37,039 nt of DNA from Nemertoderma westbladi (Eukaryota; Animalia; Xenacoelomorpha): positions 1-37,039 of the forward strand of contig JAUCBJ010001910.1 in NCBI GenBank assembly GCA_032718475.1. The letters run 5' to 3'. Every line of letters begins with the position of its first letter. Within the stretch, counting starts at the first letter, position 1. The position numbers were made by a program, and so were the translations under genes. Under the pieces are notes generated by a model. That model was not told where the DNA came from and did not search any database. It saw only the letters and a program-made list of their open reading frames with translations. Below, in pieces: positions 24,601-35,676 of this stretch.

Positions 24601-25508
24601 CAGAAAGATGAACTCTAATTTAGTACCACCATAACCTCAGAAAGATGAACTCTAATTTAGTACCACCACCATAACCTCAGAAAGATGTACTCTAATTTAG
24701 TACCAACAAAACCTCAGAAAGATGAACTTTAATTTAGTACCACCATAACCTCAGAAAGATGTACTCTAATTTAGTACCACCAAAACCTCAGAAAGATGAA
24801 CTCTAATTTAGTACCACCATAACCTCAGAAAGATGTACTCTAATTTAGTACCAACAAAACCTCAGAAAGATGAACTCTACTTTAGTACCACCATAACCTC
24901 AGAAAGATGTACTCTAATTTAGTACCAACAAAACCTCAGAAAGATGAACTCTAATTTAGTACCACCAAAACCTCAGAAAGATGTACTCTAATTTAGTACC
25001 ACCATAACCTCAGAAAGATGAACTCTAATTTAGTACCAACAAAACCTCAGAAAGATGAACTCTAATTTAGCACCACCATAACCTCAGAAAGATGTACTCT
25101 AATTTAGTACCACCATAACCTCAGATAGATGAACTCTAATTTAGTACCAACAAAACCTCAGAAAGATGAACTCTAATTTAGCACCACCATAACCTCAGAA
25201 AGATGTACTCTAATTTAGTACCAACAAAACCTCAGAAAGATGAACTCTAATTTAGCACCACCATAACCTCAGAAAGATGAACTCTAATTTAGTACCACCA
25301 TAACCTCAGAAAGATGAACTCTAATTTAGTACCAACAAAACCTCAGAAAGATGAACTCTAATTTAGCACCACCATAACCTCAGAAAGATGTACTCTAATT
25401 TAGTACCAACAAAATCTCAGAAAGATGAACTCTAATTTAGCACCACCATAACCTCAGAAAGATGTACTCTAATTTAGTACCACCATAACCTCAGATAGAT
25501 ATACTCTA
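9640..25508. repeat. 37-bp tandem satellite array, ~15.9 kb, about 430 units; consensus TACTCTAATTTAGTACCACCATAACCTCAGAAAGATG
   Basis: Head-to-tail units with no spacers. Recurrent variants: ATA/AAA; GATGT/GGTGT/TATAT/GATGA/GGTGC; and 18-, 35-, 36- and 40-bp forms. Confidence 0.99.
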
Positions 25509-26599
25509 CAGTTGCCAATTGCAAGGATTAATAGATAATGAATAATTCATAATTCAAATAATATTTCATAAATAATTCAAATAGCGATGATGTATAAAAT
25601 GTAAAAAATAATAATAAATTTATCGCTATTTATTTCATATGTTTTATATAATGGACTGGATGGAGTTTCTTTCTGTATGGAATGGTAATAAAACTTGGCT
25701 GCTTTCACTATTGGTAGAATATAATATTATAACCTTTTAAAAACCACATGCTGCTTAAATACATGGTGGTGTACAAATAGTGGTTGGTCATAATGTTATC
25801 CAAATGACATTTTACATGTAGTAATCAATTTTGTAGCAAGCCCAATATTATTATGTGAATAATCATCGCAAACATTAGTGGAAATTATTATGTATTTAAT
25901 TATACAACTATGTACACATGTCAACGGAATCCACTAATACAGTTGATAGGTCCGAGTTAGATGTGGGGAAAGTCTGTGATCTGATATATCCGTGAGAATC
26001 TCGAGTTTGCAGTGGCATGATGAGAGGTATTCGCGAGCCAGGCGGTTAGAGTGTATTAGTCGCCATCACCCCCCCCCCCCCCCTCCCCACAAATAAAAAG
26101 AAATTATTATGATTAAAATTCCAGGCATATAAAATATTGTTTTTATCGGCTGAATTTTACCGTGTTTAGGAATTCTAGTGAGAAAATTTTAGACAAGAGG
26201 GGGGGGGGGGGGGGGGGGTGGGGGGGGGTGGGCTGGTCTTGACGCAAATATGATCTGGGCTAATTTACATTTCACCTTGTTAAAGTTTACGACATTCAAA
26301 ATTGATTTGAATTGCTGCACTAGCTGGCCATTTGGCCATTGTCAATTGGTTATTATAATACGCCTATGAGGCTATGCCACATATGCTATGTCTCCAGTTG
26401 ATTCATAGTTGAAAGATGTACATCTCTGATTGGTTCCCTCAGATTAGGCTGGGCTGGATATAATACATGTAAACAATATTATCGTGTAGTAAAAATTTTA
26501 CTGTCTGTGCGAACACAAACCCCCTCAGATGTATGTTTGGTGGAGGCTAATATTCCACCATTATTACATTGGATTTTGACGGCCAGGAAACGCTACATG

Positions 26600-26880
26600 C
26601 ACACCCGTAGAACCGTTTAAATTCGATGGCAGTATTCATAGTTACAGTTCGGAAGGATGTACAGCAATGAAAATCCCATTGAAAAGACTATTGCAGGCAG
26701 AGTGCCTAAAATATCTACAGGTTTATACCACTGGACCAGCCTATGACATTGTGAGACAATACCAGGGAATAGAAGGTCTGAAGAAAGAAAGAATATAAGA
26801 TATGGCCATCCAGCGAACATATTCCGGTAGATCCTGAAGGGAATACATCAGGTGGACTTATCGACAGCCCAACTCATCAA
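26600..26880 (+). mobile_element. BEL/Pao gag-like relic (DUF1759-type region)
   Basis: PVEPFKFDGSIHSY ... LKYLQVYTTGPAYDIV ... RYGHPANI, with stops and frameshifts. Confidence 0.55.
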
Positions 26881-27336
26881 AACCGTTGCCAATAAAATCA
26901 AGAAGTCTTTGATAATCCTAAAAATATTCAAGGCCCCATACCCGGACACATAACAGGACACAAGGTAAAGGAGAGAGGTTCTGTGCCAAAGTGTAGGGAG
27001 ATAGCAAGTGGATTAGTTGGGAAATTACTTAAACTATTCGTGAAAATTATGTAACGTCGTCGTCGGCTTCGATGGTGGGGGGTTGTAGTAACTTGAATGT
27101 ATAGTTTGTGCGTTTACAGTAGGCCTACTACTCCAAAATGCAAAGCAATATCCGTTTGGGCCTATTGCTATTATGAAGTCTCGTAATCTTAAAGAAAGAA
27201 CCCATTATCACAGAAGCGGGTACAAGTTAACTATAGCGCTATAGCAAAACATACAATTAATTGGCTACCAATTTGCCATAAGTTTGTCAATTGGTGTTTG
27301 TACAAAAAACTATTGTGTTAGACCATTGTGCGGGTG

Positions 27337-27955
27337 AGTACAAAACGGAGACCGGAGATGGGAGACCCCCCAAATACAAAAGGGAGACCGGAGATGGGAG
27401 ACCCCCCAAGTACAAAACGGAGACCGGAGATGGGAGACCCCCCAAGTACAAAACGGAGACCGGAGATGGGAGACCCCCCCAAGTACGAAACGGAGACCGG
27501 AGATGGGAGACCCCCCCAAGTACAAAACGGAGACCGGAGATGGGAGACCCCCCAAGTACAAAAGGGAGACCGGAGATGGGAGACCCCCCGAGTACAAAAT
27601 GGAGATCGGAGATGGGAGACCCCCCAAGTACAAAACGGAGACCGGAGATGGGAGACCCCCCCAAGTACAAAAGGGATACCGGAGATGGGAGACCCCCCGA
27701 GTACAAAACGGAGATCGGAGATGGGAGACCCCCCAAGTACAAAACGGAGACCGGAGATGGGAGACCCCCCAAGTACAAAAGGGAGACCGGAGAGGGGAGA
27801 CCCCCCCCCCCCCAAGTACAAAACGGAGACCGGAGATGGGAGACCCCCCAAGTACGAAACAGAGACCGGAGATGGGAGACCCCCCAAGTACAAAACGGAG
27901 ACCGGAGATGGGAGACCCCCCAAGTACAAAAGGGAGACCCCCCCCTCAAGTACAA
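27337..27955. repeat. 36-37-bp GC-rich minisatellite, about 17 units (AAGTACAAAACGGAGACCGGAGATGGGAGACCCCCC)
   Basis: Read directly. The C-run length varies, and a poly-G tract follows at 27956-27974. Confidence 0.97.
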
Positions 27956-28306
27956 GGGGGGGGGGGGGGGGGGGCAAGTACAAAAGTACTAATACAAAAA
28001 TACAAAAGTACATATACTAATTCGTTTATTGTTTTGGTTAAATTCAGCCCTTCTATAACCTGTGGTTTTGGTAAAAACCTGGTATTCTTCACATGGGGGT
28101 AACTGTAACTGCAAAGTGAAATATAACTGCAGAAAGACTGGTATTCTTCATATGGGCCAATAAGCGCTTTAAAACACTTAATAAAGATAAATTTAAAAAA
28201 ATAAAAAATCTTCATAAAAATTCCAATAAAAAGTCGACCGAAAAGTGAAATCCTGGCATTCTTCACGTGGGCGCTTCAATGTATTCAAATAAACAAACAT
28301 AAAATA

Positions 28307-28627
28307 CACATATCAGACAGTCTGCTTATCTACTGTAGGTAGGCTACCGGTTTTACTGTAGTTATAGACAATAATAAACTCACGTTATAAATAATTGCAC
28401 TGAATTTAGAAGAAATATAATTAAATTTTGAAAAAAATAAATGGAAATGCGGAAATGGAAATGGAAAATCATTTCCATTTATTTTTTTCAAAATTTTTTT
28501 TTTCAAAATTTAATTATATTTCTTCTAAATTCAGTGCAATTATTTATAACGTGATTTTATTATTGTCTATAACTACAGTAAAACCGGTAGCCTACCTACA
28601 GTACGTAAGCAGACTGTCTGATATGTG
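28307..28627. repeat. Long inverted repeat / foldback (arms ~143 bp, ~20-nt spacer)
   Basis: 28307-28449 is the near-perfect reverse complement of 28470-28627. The right arm has a short internal T-run/CAAAAT duplication. Confidence 0.92.
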
Positions 28628-28870
28628 CGTTATTATTGTGTTTTTCATTATAAACATAAAATAAACGACGCAAACTAGACGCACAAAGATCGCCGGTTTG
28701 TTTGGCAGTACTACAGTACGTCTGCGCTCTGCGTGTGTTTAACCTACGCGGAGGGTGTTGTAGATTATCGTACAGATCGTATGCAAGTAATTACAATTAT
28801 CAATTCCCCATGTTAATTCCTACTGTAAATCTGCTTGTTGTAAATACCATAGTAATTTGAGAACCTTAGT

Positions 28871-29385
28871 CAGGGACGGATTATGGATTTTCGGGCCCCC
28901 GGCAGTCGCAACTTACTTTTTCCTAAAATTACACCATCCAATAGACATAAATTCTATATTTAGGAACGTGACTATATTGGTATATCAATAAATTAGACAC
29001 AACAATTACTTTAAATCATTTTTAATTTTTAATCATTTTCCTAGCCTTTTGACAACTGAACTCGTGAATGATTTCAGATAAATCTAATTGAAAAGTAAAT
29101 TAAAATGTTAATTGTAATACAGTAATAATTTACTATTAAATCGACCCTTTTGCTAACGTTTTCAAGCATTACTTTACACTTTAAACATTTTTTTAAAACA
29201 ATTTAAACATTCTCTGGGACACTGTGCTCTGAATGATGCTATATGTGAGATATTTATTGAACAGCCAGAAATTAATTTATGAATGAGGTTGTTTTATCTG
29301 TGAAATAATGTTCGGTAAATTTCTTCCAACTTACGGGCCCCCGGCAGCTGCCCCCCCCCCCCCCCCCCCCCTTAATCCGTCCCTG
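28871..29385. mobile_element. hAT-type MITE, 515 bp
   Basis: Perfect 13-bp TIR CAGGGACGGATTA / TAATCCGTCCCTG. Perfect 8-bp TSD ACCTTAGT at 28863-28870 and 29386-29393. Subterminal direct repeat CGGGCCCCCGGCAG. Confidence 0.92.
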
Positions 29386-29400
29386 ACCTTAGTACTACAT

Positions 29401-29595
29401 AGGTCCGCGTGGCGTAGATTCATAGGTTAGCAACTAGAAAGCCAGCAAGCTGGCTGGAAGGAGTCCGGGGGAAAAATCCTAGCCAAGACTATTACAAAGA
29501 ACTATGTCAGTCAGCAGTAAGTAAACTAAACAATTGTCTAAACTGCAAGGCGTGAGGCTAGCTGACTTTGTGGCTGGCCCCACATAATAAAAAAT
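29401..29595 (+). mobile_element. Possible decayed tRNA-derived SINE
   Basis: A-box-like GTGGCGTAG...GGTTAGC, a very degenerate B-box (GGGGAAAAATCCT), and an A-rich end. Weak support. Confidence 0.25.
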
Positions 29596-30499
29596 GCAAA
29601 TTAGCTACCACTAACAAAAATATAATATGAAGCAAATAATTTCATTATCAAGCACGTTTACAAGATATAAGATACGATTACCGAATATTTATAAAAAATG
29701 CCCATGATGCACAACCAGATAAATAACAACGAATAGAGCCAAATAACAAATTTAGTTTCCTTCTATAGGTATTACCCCGTTGTCAAGCGGAGTATCTCTT
29801 CCCAGTGAATCCTATGTGAATATGTAATATAGGTAGGTACTCCTGCTAAGTTAGGCGGTAGGCCAGAGCGGGCTCCTTAAATACATGCAACTACTGTATT
29901 ATATCCACAGTGAGTAACAACTGTAATAGGACACAACACACTGCTTTGTGTAACTAAAATTCATTCTCTTGATCCACCCCCTAACATATCAGAGTGAGTA
30001 ACCTTATTGTAGATATACCCTTAGGAAGCATGGGAGAGCAATCAGCTTATGGGGTAATACATTAGAAACCAACAGCTTATGTGTGAGTAAGCATTCCTTT
30101 CCTTATAGCCGCCTACTAGTAAAACTTGGCAACCAACACGTTTTACTATGACTATGTATAACACATTAAGCCATATTTCATCATGAACACCAGCTCTTAT
30201 TTTACCATTGCTTTTAATTTCGCGACAAAATAATGTCAAAAAACTAAATATATCGAATACCACACATAGAATCGATCTGAAATTTTGGGAAGAATTGGAT
30301 AAGGGTTTGGCTCGCTGGAAGGAAACATATCCTTGTTGTTCGCACAACACCACATCCTCTACACCGGAGCGACACAGGCAGTGGAGATACAGTAGAGGCT
30401 TCTCCTCGACGTGGTGAAGCAACCGGACCGACTGCAGACATAACCTCTGAAGTGCTAGTGGTGGCTGTTGCTCGGGGAGAGCGAGATATATACTCACCC

Positions 30500-32920
30500 T
30501 CTGTATCGAGTATCGACTACCCAGTAGTTTATTGGCCACCCATTTAGAGGCAGTAGACAAATATCTTCGAGATGTCGTCAAGGGAAGGCGCACAAGATCC
30601 ACAGAAAGCACAGTACAAGGTCTACAGGGTAAAGTAAGGCAAGAAAAAACTGAACTGAGAGAAGTACAGCAGCAGATAGCTTTAGATAGTGATAGGCTTG
30701 TAAACAAAAGGGGATACCATTCCCCCGTGACTATATTAATGCGACTGGACTATAATAATGGACCAGAGTTTCAACCCAAATCCATATCTTTCAACAGTCG
30801 ACCAAGTTACCCTTTGGATTAACCTATGGGCAAACCCTTTGAACCTAATATCTCTCTGAATGTTCGCCAAGCTCCATATGCGGATAGTACTTTATTCAAT
30901 AGTACGTTGGTGTATGAGAGCTTCACCAGACAGATGATGAGAACGGAAGCAAGTCAAGCCATGTCTGTGGGAGAAGTGGTCAAATTCAATGGAGATGAGA
31001 TGAAATGGTTACCGTTCAATGAGTATTATAAGGATAACATATAAAACACCATCTTATCCTATGGTGAAAAACTTAGTTTCCTCATTGAATTTTTGGAGGG
31101 TCCATCCAAAGTAATAGTGTTAAAATTTCATCGGACATCCACAAGGGTTGAGTAAGGTTTGGGAGACGCTAACTCTGAGATATGTTAATAGGGACACCAT
31201 TGCAGGATATCTATAGACCAAATTAATAGCTCCTAGGAATTTATTGAACAACAGCATAGTGGAGTTATCCATTATCCAATGACATCCAGGAAATTTGTTG
31301 AGAACTGGACTGGTTGGATCAATCATCGGCCTACAAGCATACTGTGGTAGTGGGTGCTTTGGCTGGATCTCTGCCGAAGGGAAACATTGGGAACCGCTGG
31401 GATCAAAAGGTCTTACAGCTGTGGGCAGGCAAACAATATAGTCCTATGATGGATAACTTCTTTGAGTTCCTGGAATATGAAGTCTAACTCCAGCTAGTTC
31501 AACAAACTCGGGAAAATGGTTTCGACCCTAAAGTCAACGAAAAGGTGGTTACCAAACGCAGATTAACACCAGTCTGTTATACTGCGTACGAGAGTTATAC
31601 GTCACCTGAGGAAGAGGAGAGAGTGTCTTCTGATGTATACTACACTCAACGGGTGGGAAAGTCCAAACCCTCTGATGAAATTCAGGTGTATAACAGGTTT
31701 GGAAATCTACTGTAGAAACCGATTTCTATGTAGGTTCCCTATCCACCCCACAGGATAACACAGGTAAGGATGGACTTAACCGAGTTAAAATGGTTGCTAT
31801 CAAGAACTTTGCTACTAGCCAAGCGGAACTATATAACTGGGATTATGATAAGTTCGCCCGTAAGTATCAGATACATAGGTTCAGGGTAGATAGACCTGGA
31901 GTCCAATTGCTAATAGGACAGAACGCACATGAAGGGTTAGAAGTGCTGGAGAAAAGACCAGCTAATCCCCAACCATTACAAACCTATGCAGAACGTACTA
32001 GGGTAGGTTGGTTCTGTACTAGCCCCTGTAGAAGGACTCTACGTGAGAGATTGGAGAGAATTCTTAATGTACAGGTTAGCAGATAATTATTTGAATGAAT
32101 TGTTACAGATGGTAACACTGATGAAGGAAGTCCATGGTCCTCAGACAACGATAACGAAGAGGTATTATATGATAAGGAGAATACTTTAGGACCTTTAACA
32201 GAGAACCAAGTGTGGAGCAACTAGGTAAAGTTATGTAACTTAATCCACCAGAGTAGAGTTATAGGCTTATGAAGACGATGAACTGAATGAGGCTTCAGAG
32301 CTATATCAGGCGAAACTATGAGATGAACATGCTGTTCGATTCCCAGAAGGCTGTGGAACCCAATTCCTATGACAAAACTCTGTCAGTCGAAGAGGAGAGG
32401 GCCAAACATATCCAGAAAACGACCACTCGTTTCATTAAGGAAGGAGGTTTCATATGAAATCGGATTTATTATTCCGTAAGAAAGACCAGAGTTTCATTAA
32501 CAACCGAACTTTAGCCGTTAAAAGATTAAATCAATTACATCGGAGGTTAGCAGGAAACACCTGAACTAAGGAGATGTATAAAACACAACTAAATAAATTT
32601 ATTGACAAGGGGTATGCCGAACTGGTTCCCCCTGGAACCGCAAAAATCGAGTGTACGTACTAACTTAGACATCACTATATACCCAAACCCATCAAAACCC
32701 GGCGAAGTCCGGGTCGTATTTGACGGTTCCACCCTCTATAAAGGACAATCGCTAAACTCAGAGTTATTGCTTGGACCCAATTTATTAAGATCTTTATTGG
32801 GAATAATTTTGCTTGGACCCAATTTATTAAGATCTTTATTGGGAATAATTTTACGATTAAAGGCAATACTCTATAGTCTTCACCTCGGATATAGAGGGGA
32901 TGTTCCTCCAAGTAATCGGA
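30500..32920 (+). mobile_element. Degenerate BEL/Pao LTR retrotransposon internal region (gag to start of RT); boundaries approximate, LTRs not identified
   Basis: Gag-like KFNGDEMKWLPF...KLSFLIEFLEGP; LLIGQN...YAERTRVGW; NRTLAVKRL; KGYAELVP; KPGEVRVVFDGS...SLNSELLLGPNLL; FTSDIEGMFLQV. Many stops and frameshifts. Confidence 0.85.
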
Positions 32921-33109
32921 TAATAGTAATATCAAGATCGGGACAGTTATGTATCATGTATATGAATCACATAAAAAAGTCAGAACCTGGCTTTCTATTG
33001 AAGTGCAGTAGCCAAAATTAGACAACATCATGGATGGAACAGATAATTCATATCTAAAGTGTACTTCAACTTTCATCTTTATTAATCATTTCATCATCGT
33101 TATCTTTTA

Positions 33110-33300
33110 TTCAGACTCCACTGATGTATGTTCAGCATACTTTCATTATATGGGATTCCTGATGAAATTATTGCAGCAATGAGGTAAGTATATGAAGATT
33201 CCACGACATTTGTGTCTACTGTTGATGGTGACACAAATCTATTCGAAGTTTTATGGAGAGTCCTCCAGGGAGAACTCGTAATGGTGGTTGACTATGCGGT
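33110..33300 (+). mobile_element. RTE-like LINE RT fragment
   Basis: MFSILSLYGIPDEIIAAMR*VYEDSTTFVSTVDGDTNLFEVLWRVLQG ... VVDYA (cf. YGIP...DGDT..F.I..GVLQGD). Confidence 0.65.
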
Positions 33301-33444
33301 TAAGAAATATAAATTTCATTTTTACAGACAATAGAATTATTATAAATCAAACCACATGCAAACCAAAATATTAATAAACAAATTATTTCCAAAACAGCAA
33401 TAACACATAAAACGAGCAAACCAGCCACCATTGGTTGAAATGTA

Positions 33445-34754
33445 CTAACTACTACTATATCTAAAAGTAAACACAGCCACCAAACAGAAAATAAAAGGCA
33501 ACCCCAACAGACTGAGAAGCGAACATGCAGCTTCCATTCCAAAGTAATCATTGAGAAATCCACCAAAAATGGGACCTATAATTGATCCAATAGATAGTGA
33601 AATTCGAAGCATCTGTTGAAGAAGAGATCTAGTGTCAACATTATCTTGATAACCACAAACATTCACAGACAATTGTGTTTGTGTTTCTAAAGCAGGGGTT
33701 AGATATAAACCACATCCGAATCCAAGTACAGTGCATCCAGTGATAGAAATTGCTAGATAATGAGGTATCCCTAGTACTTCTGTAGGGCCAATTAGTTGCA
33801 TGGACACTGCTATTACCATTAAACCAATTACAGATGGTATGACAGTATGCTTCAATTTCTTTATCATTATGGACATGACTAGACCAATGAAACTTTCAAC
33901 AGCTGGAAATATTATGTAAATACGACCAATATTGTATTGGTTCATATTGTACTCATGAAAAACGTATGCAGCATAGTTCGCAACAGCAAATTGTGAAAGT
34001 ATATTGTAATAAATGGTCAAAATAAATATAAGTGTTATTGCTGGATTCCTCAGAACTCCAATATAAGTTAGTCTGACTTCATTTGATTCACATCTGTCAT
34101 GAAGATAAGCTGGTGACTCTATCCAGCAGTAAAGGACAATAATGAGGTACATTAAACCTGATATTATAAATGGGAATTCAAACCCAATGACGCAAAAACC
34201 GAGGATCCAAAAACTGGTGCTACCATGTATCCTATGTTGCCACTAATAACTGCTAGACTAGCTAATAAAGTTCTTTGTGTCGGCCACAATTCCATCAATA
34301 GACTGAATGAATACATGTAACTAATGTTGAGTCCAACAGCTTCGATGATGCGAAATGAAAAACAAGCAAAAATATATAATACATTGTTAGTATTAGGGAT
34401 ATATTCTACAAACCCATAAGCTAACTGGGAAACTGCCCCAATAATGCCAAATAGACCCAAAGAGATACGAGTTCCCCAATTGTTAATAGAGTGAGGGCAA
34501 GTAATGTAGATTACAAGTCTGACAGTGGCAAATGTCGCCAGTAATGCACCAATCAAAGTCTTCGACCAGTCCCGGTCTTCCACAACAATTGGGTAGAAGG
34601 ACTCCAATAGATTGTGACACCAACCAGGTATCATTTGATATAACAGCAGCATGGTCACTAGCACATAAAGTCTCCACCCCTTTCGATGACTATCTTCTTT
34701 GGCACATATTTTATTGGTTTCATTTGTGAAAATCTGAGACTTTTCATCTGACAT
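33445..34754 (-). pseudogene. SLC18B1-like MFS paralog with one frameshift (pseudogene or sequencing error); 436 aa if corrected
   Basis: Collinear with 377-1690, about 83% amino-acid identity over the first 191 residues by manual count. AAA at 34180-34182 vs AAAA at 1115-1118 in copy 1. No other disablement. Confidence 0.85.
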
Positions 34755-35010
34755 TTTGCAGAAAATTTAGTGTATCTATATTTATGTTTGTTTAATTTAA
34801 TATTATTTGTAATAGGATGGCAACAAGGAACTAAAATCGATCTACATTACATAATTAATACTTATATTGGCGTCTAATGTAGTTATATTATTTTAAATTA
34901 TTTGTTCTTACAGATCTAACTCTTATAAATGTGGCACCAACAAACTAAACATATTTCACTTAAAAGAATTATCCTCGTCTGTTTATGAATATATAAATAA
35001 ATATTTATAT

Positions 35011-35425
35011 TTGCAATATAGAACTGACAATGCTGTAAAGGATTCTTATACAGTAGAAGTTCAAAACAGCTTTGAAGCACTTCAGTCAATGGATGAAGAC
35101 CAATCCACCGATTTAATATACCAGAATATAATAACAGCCCACAAGGAATCAGCTAAGATGCATATCCCCCAGAAACCCAAACGAAAACAGTATGTGCCAT
35201 GGCAAAACTCTGGGGTTACTTGTAAGAGAGAAGATCTTAAGATAGCCTACAAAGTTAAAGCCGAACAACCAACAACCGAAAACATTAACAAGGTTGAGAA
35301 AGCTAAGGACGATCTTAAATTGGCCTACAACATCAGCCAGGAAAAGTACATACAGGATAAAACTGAAGCAATTACAACTGCTCACATACAGCAACAATCA
35401 AGACTTACCTGGCAAACTGTAAATG
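35011..35425 (+). mobile_element. RTE-like LINE ORF fragment (EN-RT linker region), cut off by the downstream element
   Basis: YTVEVQNSFEALQ...HIPQKPKRKQYVPW...LTWQTVN resembles the linker of invertebrate RTE-like ORFs. Confidence 0.55.
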
Positions 35426-35676
35426 GGTGTTCGGACACTTCCCCCCCGGACAGTTCCCCCCCGCTCAAGTAGGACACTTCCCCCCCGGACACTTCCCCCC
35501 CAGACACTTCCCCCCCGGACACTTCCCCCCCGGACAGTTCCCCCCCGCTCAAGTAGGACACTTCCCCCCCGGACACTTCCCCCCCAGACACTTCCCCCCC
35601 GCGGACACTTCCCCCCCGCGGACACTTCCCCCCCGACTGATCTTAACTTCGCACATTCGTATTTTTCATTTTGTAA

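Noticed and set aside
9640-25508. CRISPR array (37-bp repeat length)
   Set aside because: Units are head-to-tail with no unique spacers, there are no cas genes, and the context is eukaryotic.
9640-25508. Telomeric repeat (TAACC within the unit)
   Set aside because: Only one 5-6-bp match per monomer, never in tandem.
27287-28102. Six overlapping repetitive ORFs
   Set aside because: A by-product of a stop-free 36-bp minisatellite. Frames shift with C-run length and are open on both strands.
30042-30707. 221-aa minus-strand ORF
   Set aside because: Antisense to the BEL relic, with no recognisable motifs.
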